A stretch of 64,000 nucleotides of DNA from Thermoproteota archaeon (GTDB lineage: Archaea; Thermoproteota; Thermoprotei; Thermofilales; B9-G17), in assembly GCA_029258885.1 (NCBI GenBank), contig JAPDJW010000002.1, positions 1-64,000 of the forward strand, in the 5' to 3' direction. Within the stretch, counting starts at the first letter, position 1. Each line of letters starts with the position of its first letter. The translations under genes were made by a program, and so were the position numbers. Below the pieces are notes generated by a model. The model was given only the letters and a program-made list of their open reading frames with translations. It was not told the DNA's origin and made no database searches. This document shows positions 49,095 through 59,597 of this stretch, in pieces.

Positions 49095-50264
49095 TTAATA
49101 AAATATCATTACTGGTACTGCGAGTTCCTCCGGGGAAAGGCCTCCGTGATGTCCTAGTAATTTCTTCTCCTCCTCTTTAGGCGGCTTTGTTGATACTATC
49201 ACTCCATCTAGAGCTGCTAGAACATATCTTCCAAATCTGGTCCATACGTTTCTCGGAGGGGTACGGCCGAAAAGCTTCTCATATTCATCTAAGCCGAATA
49301 TTGTAGCCTTATCTTTAAGCTCTCCCAAGTCATCCTCGTAAACATCTGTATCCGGTATTAGGTACAGGAACCTCCTCTCTCCGAAGGGTGGTAGTATAAG
49401 CTTATCCATTACGGGCTTATCTACTATGTAGGTCTCCTCCTTAACATCTATCTGGCCGTGGTCGGCTGTAATTACTACTATGGAGTTCATTCTAGTAGCC
49501 TCCTCAATTATCGACCTAATATACTTGGAGAACATCCTTAGTCCCGCCCCGACTTCAAGCGAGCTTGGACCATAGACGTGAGATAAGTCGTCTAGTTCGC
49601 TCCAGTAGCTCACCACTAAACCCTTTTCAATGTTCTTCAATGCGGTTAGTGTTCTGCTAGCAGCATCGCTTAAAGCAACGTACTTCACTATCTCTGATCC
49701 ACGAATTAGTTCATCCGTGAATATGCCCTCTAAATGCCACTCACCAACCACCATATACGACTTAATATCCTTACTCGTAAGCTTCTCGTAAATTGTGTCC
49801 GTGAGAAGTAGACTAAAGGATTTCTCCTCCTCACTCTGCTTCTTTATCTTAAGGCTTTCAACTATAGCTCCAAGCTCCTTAATATACATCCTATACCCCG
49901 ATACTCCATGAACTCCCGGCGGCTCACCTGTTGCAAGTGTAGCAAGTGCAGTGGCAGTAGTTGATGGCGCTACGCTACTGAAAACGTCCACGTATTTAAC
50001 TATCTCTAAAATATCCCTTATTTCATCGATATGTTTAAGTATCGTTGATACGCCGAAGGAGTCAACTATAAGGAAAAGTATCTTCTTCCTGCCTGGAGTA
50101 ATCTCCGCCAGGTAGCCGGACTCACTAAGTAAGAATTCCATAATTAATTTAGCTAATCCATCTAGCCCCTTACCACCGTATCTCGGTCTCGATAAACCAT
50201 TCTCGTCAACTGCGTCTCTAAAGCTTTGTAGGCCATCTTCGAGCGTGTTTACCCAATTATTCAT
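49095..50264 (-). CDS. Alkaline phosphatase superfamily / nucleotide pyrophosphatase
   Basis: LIVDSFG, PSTTATA, DDLSHVYG, TADHG and HHGG motifs. Confidence 0.85.
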   Translation of the reverse strand: MNNWVNTLEDGLQSFRDAVDENGLSRPRYGGKGLDGLAKLIMEFLLSESGYLAEITPGRKKILFLIVDSFGVSTILKHIDEIRDILEIVKYVDVFSSVAPSTTATALATLATGEPPGVHGVSGYRMYIKELGAIVESLKIKKQSEEEKSFSLLLTDTIYEKLTSKDIKSYMVVGEWHLEGIFTDELIRGSEIVKYVALSDAASRTLTALKNIEKGLVVSYWSELDDLSHVYGPSSLEVGAGLRMFSKYIRSIIEEATRMNSIVVITADHGQIDVKEETYIVDKPVMDKLILPPFGERRFLYLIPDTDVYEDDLGELKDKATIFGLDEYEKLFGRTPPRNVWTRFGRYVLAALDGVIVSTKPPKEEEKKLLGHHGGLSPEELAVPVMIFY

Positions 50265-50385
50265 GCAAGAATTATGCGCGTTGAATCATATACGGTTTTC
50301 TATGAAAATATAGGGCCTCGAATCTTACGCAAAATATTGGATAAAAGATATTGATGATGTAACTCTATTATGAAACTGTGGGAGA

Positions 50386-51624
50386 ATGGCTTTAAATGTA
50401 GATGGTATAAGGAAGGATTTTCCTATTTTAAGTAGAAAAATTAACGGCAATCCTCTAGTATACTTCGATAATGCTGCTTCTACGCTTAAACCCGTTCAGG
50501 TGATAGAATCGATAAGTAGGTTCTATGGGATGCATTATGCTAACGTTCATAGAGGTGTACATACTTTAAGTCAGGAAGCCTCGGACATGTATGAGGAGGC
50601 TAGAGCCACTATACGTAAGTTTATAAGCGCTCGTAGCGATAGAGAAATAATCTTTACGATGAATGCTACTGAGGCACTGAATGCTATAGCCTATGGTATC
50701 TGTCAGAGGTATGTCGGAAGGGGCGATGAGATAATTTTAACGGTGATGGAGCACCACAGCAACATGCTGCCGTGGATCAGATATGCGAGAGAAAGGGAAG
50801 CCAGAATAAAGTATGTTGATATAAAGGAAAACGGGGTTTTAAAATACGATATGCTCAACGACCTTATCAGCGAGAGAACTAGAGTTATAGCTTTAACACA
50901 TGTATCCAACGTCCTGGGAACAATTAATGACATAAGCTACGTGGTTAAGCTTGCACGTGAAGTAGATGCCTTCGTCGTAGTAGATGGAGCACAATCCGTT
51001 CCTCACATGCCTATCAACGTATATAGTCTTGATATAGATTTCCTAGCGTTCAGCGGCCATAAAATGCTTGGCCCCACGGGTATAGGTGTTCTATGGGGGA
51101 GAGAGGATATTTTAAGTGAAATGCCTCCATTTAAGCTTGGAGGAGGAATAGTTAAGGAGGTTGCTTTAGACAAAGTTAAGCTTGAGGATCTACCCCTTAA
51201 AATGGAAGCTGGCACACCAAACATAGCTGGCGCCATAGGACTAGCTGAGGCGGCTAAATACTTAATGAACATAGGTATGGAGAACGTTATAGAACACGAG
51301 AAACAGCTAGTTAAGTATACTTTAAGGCTCATGCACGACGAATTAGAGGATTATATCGAAATCTACGGTCCACTAGATCCCGAGATTAGAAGCGGCATAG
51401 TAACATTTAACTTAAAGGGAGTTAATCCACATGCAGTAGGCGCCATCCTTGATAGTTACGGAATAGCCGTAAGAACAGGTATGCACTGTGCACATCCTCT
51501 GCATCAGAAACTTAACCTAAAAGGTACCGTACGGGCAAGCTACTACATATACAATACTAGTGAAGAAATCGAATACATGGTCAACACCCTCAAAGAAATC
51601 GTAAAGGAGGTTTCTCATACCTAA
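50386..51624 (+). CDS. sufS: SufS-type cysteine desulfurase
   Basis: YFDNAAS, VDGAQS, FSGHKMLGPTG and RTGMHCA motifs. Confidence 0.93.
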   Translation: MALNVDGIRKDFPILSRKINGNPLVYFDNAASTLKPVQVIESISRFYGMHYANVHRGVHTLSQEASDMYEEARATIRKFISARSDREIIFTMNATEALNAIAYGICQRYVGRGDEIILTVMEHHSNMLPWIRYAREREARIKYVDIKENGVLKYDMLNDLISERTRVIALTHVSNVLGTINDISYVVKLAREVDAFVVVDGAQSVPHMPINVYSLDIDFLAFSGHKMLGPTGIGVLWGREDILSEMPPFKLGGGIVKEVALDKVKLEDLPLKMEAGTPNIAGAIGLAEAAKYLMNIGMENVIEHEKQLVKYTLRLMHDELEDYIEIYGPLDPEIRSGIVTFNLKGVNPHAVGAILDSYGIAVRTGMHCAHPLHQKLNLKGTVRASYYIYNTSEEIEYMVNTLKEIVKEVSHT

Positions 51625-51867
51625 GATTTTTATAAAGTCTAAATAATTTAGCCAAGTGCTTTATTCACGATAAGGATATATCCTCAACCATATCTTAGGG
51701 AAGAACAAATGTTATCTTTATAAACCTTATTAACTAGACATCTATAACCCTGTTATATATGGAAGAAAACAACCTACCGAATACGGATTTAAGAGTTTTT
51801 CCGGATATTCTATCACTGTTAATTAATAATTGACCTAACTGTTTCATAACTATGAAACAATAAACCT

Positions 51868-52050
51868 GACTTCTGGAATGAGGCTAGAAAGCATGCCGAG
51901 AAAAGTAATGCCTTAAATTTGGATCAGTTTGAAAATGACGCTAATTTCGAGGTTCACTGTAATACAACGGCCAGGGAAATTATTCTGCAACTTAAATCTA
52001 TTGGAAGACACCAAACTATGTAATAGCTGGTATTGAAACATCGAGTCACG
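51868..52050 (+). pseudogene. Cysteine synthase (CysK/M-like) remnant
   Basis: LNLDQFENDANFEVHCNTTAREI resembles DQFxNPAN..HY.TTG.EI; then, frameshifted, YVIAGIETS resembles VAGIGTG. Confidence 0.55.
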
Positions 52051-52243
52051 TTCCAATACCAGCCTAGAGTATATGAGTGACCTAGATCCCGTAGAGGATT
52101 TGAAGGCCGTTGCTGAGAAGTAGTGTACTTATGGTACATAAGCCTTATATATTTAACATTTATATCATAGTATCTTAGATATATATGTTTGTGTGATACA
52201 TGTTTTACCAAAGCATACGGTATCGCTACGAGGGTGAGGCAGT

Positions 52244-53809
52244 ATGCTAAGGAATATGGCTGTTTTCTGTCTAGTTTTCCTAGTTATACTGTCTGCTGTC
52301 CACGTATATTCGATGCCTGATATGGTGTTTGTAGTTAGCTCCTACTCCTGGACTAGGTTGTCTGGCAGAGCTGGCGGCGTTAACGTTCTGGAGCTTATCC
52401 TAACGTATTATGGTGATAGAATTATTCTTAACGTTAGGGTGCACCTTAAGCTTATGAACGACAGCTGGAGCTATACTGCTACTCCGTGTTTTGAGGGCTC
52501 TTGGGAGCCAGGTTTTTCTAAGAAGTTTAGTTTTATTGTGAATGCCAGCGAAATTCCTAATGATATAAAAGCTCTGGTTAAGGTAACGTACGATTCTGTT
52601 GCAGAGAAGGTTGGAGGTAAGTACGAGGTTAGTTCCGAAGGTGGTGAATATACGTTCTCCTTTGACTTGAAATATTCAGGTCTGCCTCTGCCGTCGATTT
52701 ATGTTAAGCCTAATACCTTGATTGATGGTATGGTAAACAATATTTCACTAATGATTTTCAATAATGGCTCCGGCAACATTATTGATCCCCAGGTAACTGT
52801 TTACGTTAGTGGAGCAACGATTATTGATAGACCTACCCCCTTGAGGCTATCCTATAGTAAGATAGAGGCAGGGAGCTACGTTATTGAGAAAATGGAGGTG
52901 TTACCTTCCCAGAAACAGGTTACTTTTACAGTTAATATTAACTATCTGGATGAGGAAGGCAATGTTAGGAATGAGCAATATACCATAACTTTGCCCGTTA
53001 TTGAAAGTACTACCGTTTTAGTTTTAGCTGAACCAAATAAGCTGTTTTCGGGCTCTATCAAAAGGATTAAAGTTAGAGTGATAAACTTAGGCGATATACC
53101 GCTTCTCAACACGTTACTTAAGCTGTATACGTCGCAGGGCTCGGGCATCGTGGTTAGTCCACAGCTTATAGAGCTTGGTGATATAGGTCCCCAGGATAGC
53201 GTTGAGTGCGAGGTTGAGGTAAGCGTACCTCTTACTGTTATCAGTACCCAGAATATACTTTACGATTTAATCTATAGAAGCGTAAAGGGGGTTAGGCTGG
53301 TTATACACGGCTCACTTAACGTTTTTGTCGTTGAAAAGGCAAGGCTGATAGTATCGTCAATAGATTATGTTCCGGAGAAGCCTTCGGTTAATAGCACGGT
53401 AGTTCTCTCTATAAGCCTAATAAATACTGGAAACCTAGCCCTAAATAGCATTAATGTTACTGTTGAACAGTCTAGCGGTTTAATACCCCTAAGGAAAACC
53501 TACTATTTTATAGGACAGCTTAATCCACAATCTCCAGTAAGCGTACCATTCTCATTTAGGGCAGTTGAGGTAGGCGAGCAGACTATTAAGATTATAGTAT
53601 TTTATAAGGATATATATGGTGCCTCCTGGAACATTACGCGTGAAGTATCCATTGATGTTTCAGGAAAAAGCGCAGGCTCTAACTCATCCACTAGCCCTGT
53701 GGGCGGAGCACTTAGCATTATGGATGAGCTAATAGTTCTGGCCATTTTGGTAGCTATTGTAGGTCTAGTAGCTGTTATGTGGTTTTTAGGTAAGAGGAGG
53801 AGGCAATGA
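52244..53809 (+). CDS. COG1361 S-layer-domain protein
   Basis: Signal peptide, CARDB-like repeats (LINTGN), C-terminal TM; precedes a MacB-type ABC pair. Confidence 0.82.
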   Translation: MLRNMAVFCLVFLVILSAVHVYSMPDMVFVVSSYSWTRLSGRAGGVNVLELILTYYGDRIILNVRVHLKLMNDSWSYTATPCFEGSWEPGFSKKFSFIVNASEIPNDIKALVKVTYDSVAEKVGGKYEVSSEGGEYTFSFDLKYSGLPLPSIYVKPNTLIDGMVNNISLMIFNNGSGNIIDPQVTVYVSGATIIDRPTPLRLSYSKIEAGSYVIEKMEVLPSQKQVTFTVNINYLDEEGNVRNEQYTITLPVIESTTVLVLAEPNKLFSGSIKRIKVRVINLGDIPLLNTLLKLYTSQGSGIVVSPQLIELGDIGPQDSVECEVEVSVPLTVISTQNILYDLIYRSVKGVRLVIHGSLNVFVVEKARLIVSSIDYVPEKPSVNSTVVLSISLINTGNLALNSINVTVEQSSGLIPLRKTYYFIGQLNPQSPVSVPFSFRAVEVGEQTIKIIVFYKDIYGASWNITREVSIDVSGKSAGSNSSTSPVGGALSIMDELIVLAILVAIVGLVAVMWFLGKRRRQ

Positions 53810-54987
53810 GAATAACTGACTACTTTTACCTATCCTTTGCGAGTCTCAGTGAGAGAAAGGGCAGGACTATCGGCGCAATTATAGGCGTTATTATAGCTGT
53901 CGTAGCTCTCTCAATGGCTCTGGGAATAGGTGAATCTTTTCAAGCAGTTTTTAAGGAGGAGCTAGGAAAGTCGCTGGCTGCTAACTCCGTATATGTTGTG
54001 GGTTCAAGCCTTACTGATGTAGATTTAATGTATTTCAGGGAAATTCCCGGAGTTAAGGATGTTTTCGGTGTGGCTCTGCGTTCTGCGCTTATAGTTGATC
54101 CATCCGGTAGTAAGAGTGTAATGATAGTTGCTATGGATCCTGATAAGATACCGATATATCTGGGTTTGAATAGCCTGGATGATCTTCTGATTGAGGGGCT
54201 GGGCGCCCCTGAGGGTTTAGGAGTGATTGTTGGAAGTGATATTTGGCGTGACCCGCAGACCGGGGATAAGCTTAGGAATATTGGGGAATCGTTGACTTTA
54301 ACTATTAAGGGTAGGAGTTCACGGCAGTTTACGGTCTTTATAGCGGGTTTAGCTAAATCGGTGGGTGGATTTAGAGGACCGACGTTTAATCCCGATATCA
54401 TGATATTTATGGATCCCGAGGTTTTCTTCACTTATGTTAGTAGAAGGAAAGTCTATACATTTGCGGTTGTAGTTATTGAGGATGTCGGTATGCTTGAATA
54501 TATCGAGGCTGAGCTGAGAGCACTGGCTCCACCGGGTGCTAGGGTTTTCTCACCGATAGCTATGGTTCAGCAGGTTAACGTGTTTGTTAGTTCCCTACAG
54601 ATGATACTTGCACTTATATCCTCCGTTGGAATAGGTGTAACAGCGTTGTGGGTTTTTGATAGCATGACTATAAGTGTAGTCCATAGAACTAGGGAGATAG
54701 GTATTTTAAAGGCTATAGGCTTTAAATCTATCGACATACTGCTTCTATTCCTGATGGAAGCTATCTATATATCGTTAATAGGCTCTTTTATCGGGATAGG
54801 AGTATCCTTAATCCTAGCAAATACCTTCGCAATACCAGTATTTAGGTACAGAATGAAAGCTATGATTACACCTACGATAATTTTGCTCTCTATAGTTCTT
54901 CCAACATTAGCTAATTTAGTTGCCTCAATAATACCTGCTAAGAAAGCTGCTAGTCTAGATCCCGTGAGGGCGTTAAGGTATGAGTAG
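53806..54987 (+). CDS. MacB/FtsX-family ABC permease
   Basis: RTREIGILKAIG and LDPVRALRYE motifs. Confidence 0.9.
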   Translation: MRITDYFYLSFASLSERKGRTIGAIIGVIIAVVALSMALGIGESFQAVFKEELGKSLAANSVYVVGSSLTDVDLMYFREIPGVKDVFGVALRSALIVDPSGSKSVMIVAMDPDKIPIYLGLNSLDDLLIEGLGAPEGLGVIVGSDIWRDPQTGDKLRNIGESLTLTIKGRSSRQFTVFIAGLAKSVGGFRGPTFNPDIMIFMDPEVFFTYVSRRKVYTFAVVVIEDVGMLEYIEAELRALAPPGARVFSPIAMVQQVNVFVSSLQMILALISSVGIGVTALWVFDSMTISVVHRTREIGILKAIGFKSIDILLLFLMEAIYISLIGSFIGIGVSLILANTFAIPVFRYRMKAMITPTIILLSIVLPTLANLVASIIPAKKAASLDPVRALRYE

Positions 54988-55711
54988 TATAGTTACTGTT
55001 AGGGGGCTCTGGAAGATCTATAGCATGGATGGGTATACTGTCGAGGCTTTAAGGGGCATCGACATGGACGTTAAGGAAGGCGAATTCGTGGCCGTGGTTG
55101 GTCCATCTGGTAGTGGTAAGAGTACGCTACTGCACATCATAGGCGGCTTAGATAGACCTACTAGAGGAATAGTGAGAGTTGGTGGTGTTGAGATAGGTAG
55201 CTTAAAGAGTGATAGAGAGCTGAGCGATTTTAGAAATAAGTTTATAGGCTTTATATTCCAGATGTTCTACCTAGTCCCTAGGTTTACAGCGCTACAGAAC
55301 GTTGAACTCCCCCTAATTGCTAGAGGAGTACCTAGGGATGAACGCAGGAGAATGGCTTTTGAAGCCCTTGAAATGGTTGGTCTTAAGGATAAAGCATATT
55401 CTAGGCCAAGTCAGCTTAGTGGAGGCGAACAGCAGAGAGTAGCTATCGCTAGGGCTATCGTTGGAAAACCAAAGCTACTTCTAGCTGATGAACCTACAGG
55501 AAACCTGGATTCAAGAACTGCCGCAAATATAATGAATGTATTTAAACGCCTAAACAAGGAACTTAACATTACCGTTATACTTGTAACTCATAACTTAAGC
55601 CTAGTATGGTACTGCGATAGAGTCTTTAGACTAGCCGATGGCAAGGTTGTAGACGTATATAAGCCTAATGAATACGAGAAGTTATTAAGATCGTTTACAC
55701 TAAAGTCATAG
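54980..55711 (+). CDS. LolD/MacB-family ABC ATPase
   Basis: GPSGSGKST, LSGGEQQRVAIARA and LADEPTGNLDS motifs. Confidence 0.93.
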   Translation: MSSIVTVRGLWKIYSMDGYTVEALRGIDMDVKEGEFVAVVGPSGSGKSTLLHIIGGLDRPTRGIVRVGGVEIGSLKSDRELSDFRNKFIGFIFQMFYLVPRFTALQNVELPLIARGVPRDERRRMAFEALEMVGLKDKAYSRPSQLSGGEQQRVAIARAIVGKPKLLLADEPTGNLDSRTAANIMNVFKRLNKELNITVILVTHNLSLVWYCDRVFRLADGKVVDVYKPNEYEKLLRSFTLKS

Positions 55712-55800
55712 CATTACTATAGGAAATGAACATATATATAAGCTGAGAGATAGATAAGTTTATTAGTGAGCTAAGGCCTTTACTCTGGCTAGGTATAAGT

Positions 55801-56085
55801 ATGATTACCCTGAAGGAGTGGTATTGGGAGAAGTTTTATAATCCATACCTATTCGAGTTCTTCTACGGAATGTGGCCTCTTAAGGGCTACGACTTCAAGG
55901 TTAGGCTCGTCTTCATAGCTGGGAAGAACCTGCTATACTGCTACAATGGTCCTAAGGGAGTGTATGCGGTATTAGGGAAGATAAATAAGCGGGATCTCGA
56001 CAGAACGTATAGGAAATGGCACGAAAGCGGCTCCACACTAGACGACTATATAGAATATTTGTCTAATGCTGGCATGCTAGAATAA
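55801..56085 (+). CDS. Small hypothetical protein
   Basis: 94-aa ORF with ATG start and host-like codon usage. Confidence 0.6.
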   Translation: MITLKEWYWEKFYNPYLFEFFYGMWPLKGYDFKVRLVFIAGKNLLYCYNGPKGVYAVLGKINKRDLDRTYRKWHESGSTLDDYIEYLSNAGMLE

Positions 56086-56255
56086 AAGAACTGCTTTAAT
56101 TGGATTTCCTAAATCCGTATTCTTAAACCAGTTACGTCCGCCTCGGATATCCCTTAAAGCTAAACACGACGAGCTATAATTACCTTGCGTGGAATCGGAG
56201 CCAACCATGGTTAATCGTTATTAGTTTTAATATTATTTTATCATTCTGTGGAACC

Positions 56256-57650
56256 ATGCTTGATGCCGTGGTTATTGGTGGTGGAGTTACTGGAACTACC
56301 TTAGCCGCCTTATTATCGAGGAAGATGAAGGTACTTCTTTTGGAGTCTAGGGGCTATCTTGGCGGTAGAGCTGCGACTAGAACTCCGAGGGAGTGGGGGT
56401 GGGGTGACTCCGACGACTATAAAGTTGATTTCGGCCATCACATGATGGCTGCTAACGGCTTTATAGAGTATGCTGTACACTATACTGGCGCCGATAAATA
56501 CGTTAACTTGGTTAGAGTCCCTATTCCATACTTCTATAGGTATGGTAAGCTGTATCAGGCTCCAGTATCCTTTCTCCAGCAGCTTAGGGCATACGACTAC
56601 ATTCCCTTTGGACCAAAGCTTAAACTATTTAAGTTTATGCGATTCGTTAAGAGGGCAGGATTCAGCGAGATTATGAAGAAATATGCGTATACTCCATTAT
56701 CCGACTTGTTTAATGAATTTGGATTTGGAGACTACGAGAGGGAGCTAATTCTCGACGGTTTTGCCGCTGGATATCAGACTGTCGCGGACGAGAAGCTGAA
56801 CTCTGCAGCCGACCTAATATTCTGTCTTAAGATATTCTTTAAGGGACTTAAGAAGCATAAAACACCCCTACTGTATCCATACGGAGGGTTTGCTAGGCTC
56901 TCGGAGGCGTTTGCAAAGGTTGTCGAGGATAATGGTGGGGAGGTTAGGTTAAACTCTAGAGTTGAAAAGATTATCGTTGAGGATAATAGGGTTAAGGGAG
57001 TTGTTGTCGATGGTAAAAGGATAGAGGCGAAGTATGTAGCCATAACCTTCCCGATATATGAATCTCTTAGCCTATTTGATGAGGAAACTATTAAGAGGAA
57101 TAGTGACTTCTTCGATAGAGTTAAGGAATCCAGGAAGTATAGCTCGGGGCTCTTCCTAATTTTAACGGGCGCTAGGACTAGGCTTAGAGATAGGATGCTC
57201 AACACGTGGATATTTATTCCTAGGCAGGAGATAGATAGCAGGGATACCTATATGCTCGTAAGCGAAACGGGAGAGATGCTGGGAGTAGCTAAGGGAGATA
57301 GGTCGGTGACGTCGTTTGCAGTCCTATACGAGGAAGGCATGGACGTAAGTGAACTAAAGGATAAAATAGTTAGGAACGTGAGAAAGCTATTCCCGTCCTA
57401 TAGTTTCGATGAGGTTGACTGGCGTGCAGAGGTAGCCTTCCCAATAGTTGACGGAATTGCTAGGACTGTTGAATGGTATCATGAGAGGAGGTTTGGACCT
57501 AAGACTCCCATCGAAAACCTTTATGTTGCTGGAGACAGTGCCTACGAATTATCTACGGGAACTGATGGATGCGCCTCCTCCGCAATACTCACAGCAGAAG
57601 CCATACTCAAGGAAAAGATAATTGACCTAGAAACGTTCTTCAAGCTGTAA
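56256..57650 (+). CDS. FAD-dependent oxidoreductase (phytoene desaturase/amine oxidase-like)
   Basis: VVIGGGVTG, LGGRA, YPYGGF and NLYVAGD motifs. Confidence 0.85.
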   Translation: MLDAVVIGGGVTGTTLAALLSRKMKVLLLESRGYLGGRAATRTPREWGWGDSDDYKVDFGHHMMAANGFIEYAVHYTGADKYVNLVRVPIPYFYRYGKLYQAPVSFLQQLRAYDYIPFGPKLKLFKFMRFVKRAGFSEIMKKYAYTPLSDLFNEFGFGDYERELILDGFAAGYQTVADEKLNSAADLIFCLKIFFKGLKKHKTPLLYPYGGFARLSEAFAKVVEDNGGEVRLNSRVEKIIVEDNRVKGVVVDGKRIEAKYVAITFPIYESLSLFDEETIKRNSDFFDRVKESRKYSSGLFLILTGARTRLRDRMLNTWIFIPRQEIDSRDTYMLVSETGEMLGVAKGDRSVTSFAVLYEEGMDVSELKDKIVRNVRKLFPSYSFDEVDWRAEVAFPIVDGIARTVEWYHERRFGPKTPIENLYVAGDSAYELSTGTDGCASSAILTAEAILKEKIIDLETFFKL

Positions 57651-57843
57651 ATTCGTATGATATTTTATTTCTACCTCCCGATTTCAAGTTTCTTAAGTTA
57701 GCTACATAAAGGTGAAAACCTTCTCGCCGAAGCCCAGAAAAAGCTAAAGTTAATGAATTAACAGAATAGAGGCAAAGACGTATCCTTTTTATTTCTATTT
57801 TAATCCATTACTGGATAATCGTGTTAGAGTAGAGGGGGTTAGT

Positions 57844-58158
57844 TTAGGTTATTGATATATTGGTTTTATCTTCACAGATTAAATGTTGCCTTTCTTTTAT
57901 GAACTCGTCCTCGTATATTATGTTGCTTGTTTCTTCTCCATGTTTTTGAAGAAACTCTATTAGATCTTTGTCTCTTGTTAGGAAAGGTATGTTATTTGCT
58001 AGTGATGTAGTGTATAGCAGTAGATCTATTAGGTCTTTAAATCCTTTCTTTCTGAGCTTTAATGCTTTAATATAGCTTTCAACTGTTGGGTTTAATTGGT
58101 TAAATTCCTCTATTATCGAAATTAGTCCCGTTAATAGTATTTTATTTAGATATTTCAC
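57844..58158 (-). pseudogene. PIN-domain toxin with apparent N-terminal internal deletion
   Basis: Keeps C-terminal KDLIDLLLY and LTRD but lacks the N-terminal xxDT motif; GTG start overlaps the antitoxin end. Confidence 0.6.
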
Positions 58159-58387
58159 CTTGCATTTCCTCCGATTCTTTTTCAAATTCCTCAAATGTTG
58201 TTTTAGCATATTTTGGACCATGCAACGCTAGGTCGAAGGGGTCAGGAATTGGTTGGATTATTATTTTCATGCCCTCAACCTTTAGTTTTACATAGTCTCC
58301 TCCTTTTAGCCCTACGGCTAATGCTATTTGTTTATGTATATACAGCGTGTTTTTCTTGCTTAATCTTACCTTAACCTCAGAAACCAT
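58142..58387 (-). CDS. vapB: AbrB/MazE-family antitoxin
   Basis: VRLSKKNTLYIHKQIALAVGLKGGD..DPFDLALHGPKYAKTT. Confidence 0.85.
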   Translation of the reverse strand: MVSEVKVRLSKKNTLYIHKQIALAVGLKGGDYVKLKVEGMKIIIQPIPDPFDLALHGPKYAKTTFEEFEKESEEMQGEISK

Positions 58388-58438
58388 TTTATATTCCAGA
58401 AATATTTTGTTTTCCCAGAAATATATTTTTCTCAGATA
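58378..58438 (-). promoter_or_regulatory. Iterated CAGAAA boxes, putative antitoxin operator
   Basis: CAGAAA at 58378, 58397 and 58416 (19-bp period), CAGATA at 58433; the 10-mer CCAGAAATAT occurs twice. Confidence 0.45.
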
Positions 58439-58589
58439 TGCATGTTTAGCACAGCATACGACTCTTCAGAGTATATTTTGTCTCCTTAATGACTAATATC
58501 GTAAGCCATACTTTAGGGGCACTGATTATCCGAGAAATTCCTCGAGCAACATTGGTAATATTTTTATTCTTATATTACTCTTCTTAACT

Positions 58590-59597
58590 ATGGTTAAAAA
58601 CGGGCTTTTTAATCGATTAATGGGCTTCAATTGGAGTGGGCTTGTGCCTCCCCAATACCTCCTTGCTAATAGAAGGTTTGTTAAGGTTGTTCTAGAACCT
58701 CCCGACTTTAACCCTGGATCATGGCGTGGGGCCGGTAAGGTACTGGTTGATTATGAGAATAAGAAGTTTTGGCTTACGACGAGGCCGAGGAAGAGAAATC
58801 CTATAAGGGGGTACGGCTTCGAAATATACAGCTCGAAAAACGGGGAAGATTACAGCCTTAAGTTCTTCATGTCGAAGGAAGAGCTCTCCGAATTAATTGG
58901 TAAGAGTGTTAGAAGCATTGAAGGCCAGCAGATCATTAAGGATCCGTTGACTGGAATGTATTATCTCTATCTGTCAGTGGATACTCCACCTCGCGGATGG
59001 GAAACTGTTTTACTTAAATCTGATGATCCGACAGGACCCTGGAGCTACGTTGACGTTGTCTTAAGGAGGGATATGGATTACGATAGAGTTGAGGCAAGGG
59101 ATGCTACGATAGATATAGTTGATGGACTCTATCTTGCTGTCTATAAGGCTAACAGTGGAAGTAGAGTGAACATGGCTCTAGCTATTAGTAGCGATGGTAT
59201 AAACTGGAGGAAACTTGGAGTATTGAAGCTTAATGGAGAAAGTCAGCCGGATTATATGCTGATTTGCGGAAAAATTTTAAGCTCCACATTCGGCCCAATG
59301 ATGGTTGGAATGGAGAATACTACTGTGATTAAGGGAGCTTCTGTATCAAATAAGTTTGCAGCGTATATCATCGACATTTTTAACGTTAATTTGTTTAAGG
59401 TTTTTGAGGGTATATGGAGGCCAGGCTCTAGATATGAGAGGGGGGATTATCCTATACACAGCTACCTTGACATCGTATATGATCCATTCAGGGATAGGGT
59501 TTTAATGTATGTTGAGGCGATAGATCCAAGCGATATAGGCTTAAATAAAGAAATAGATAGAGTTCTGCTATACGAAGTTTCCTTAAGTAGTATCTAA
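58590..59597 (+). CDS. Five-bladed beta-propeller glycoside hydrolase-like protein (GH43/32/130 superfamily)
   Basis: SDDPTGPW, EARDATI and ALAISSDGINW blade motifs. Confidence 0.7.
   Translation: MVKNGLFNRLMGFNWSGLVPPQYLLANRRFVKVVLEPPDFNPGSWRGAGKVLVDYENKKFWLTTRPRKRNPIRGYGFEIYSSKNGEDYSLKFFMSKEELSELIGKSVRSIEGQQIIKDPLTGMYYLYLSVDTPPRGWETVLLKSDDPTGPWSYVDVVLRRDMDYDRVEARDATIDIVDGLYLAVYKANSGSRVNMALAISSDGINWRKLGVLKLNGESQPDYMLICGKILSSTFGPMMVGMENTTVIKGASVSNKFAAYIIDIFNVNLFKVFEGIWRPGSRYERGDYPIHSYLDIVYDPFRDRVLMYVEAIDPSDIGLNKEIDRVLLYEVSLSSI

Noticed and set aside
51954-52211. 85-aa minus-strand ORF
   Set aside because: Antisense to the cysteine synthase remnant, with atypical composition.
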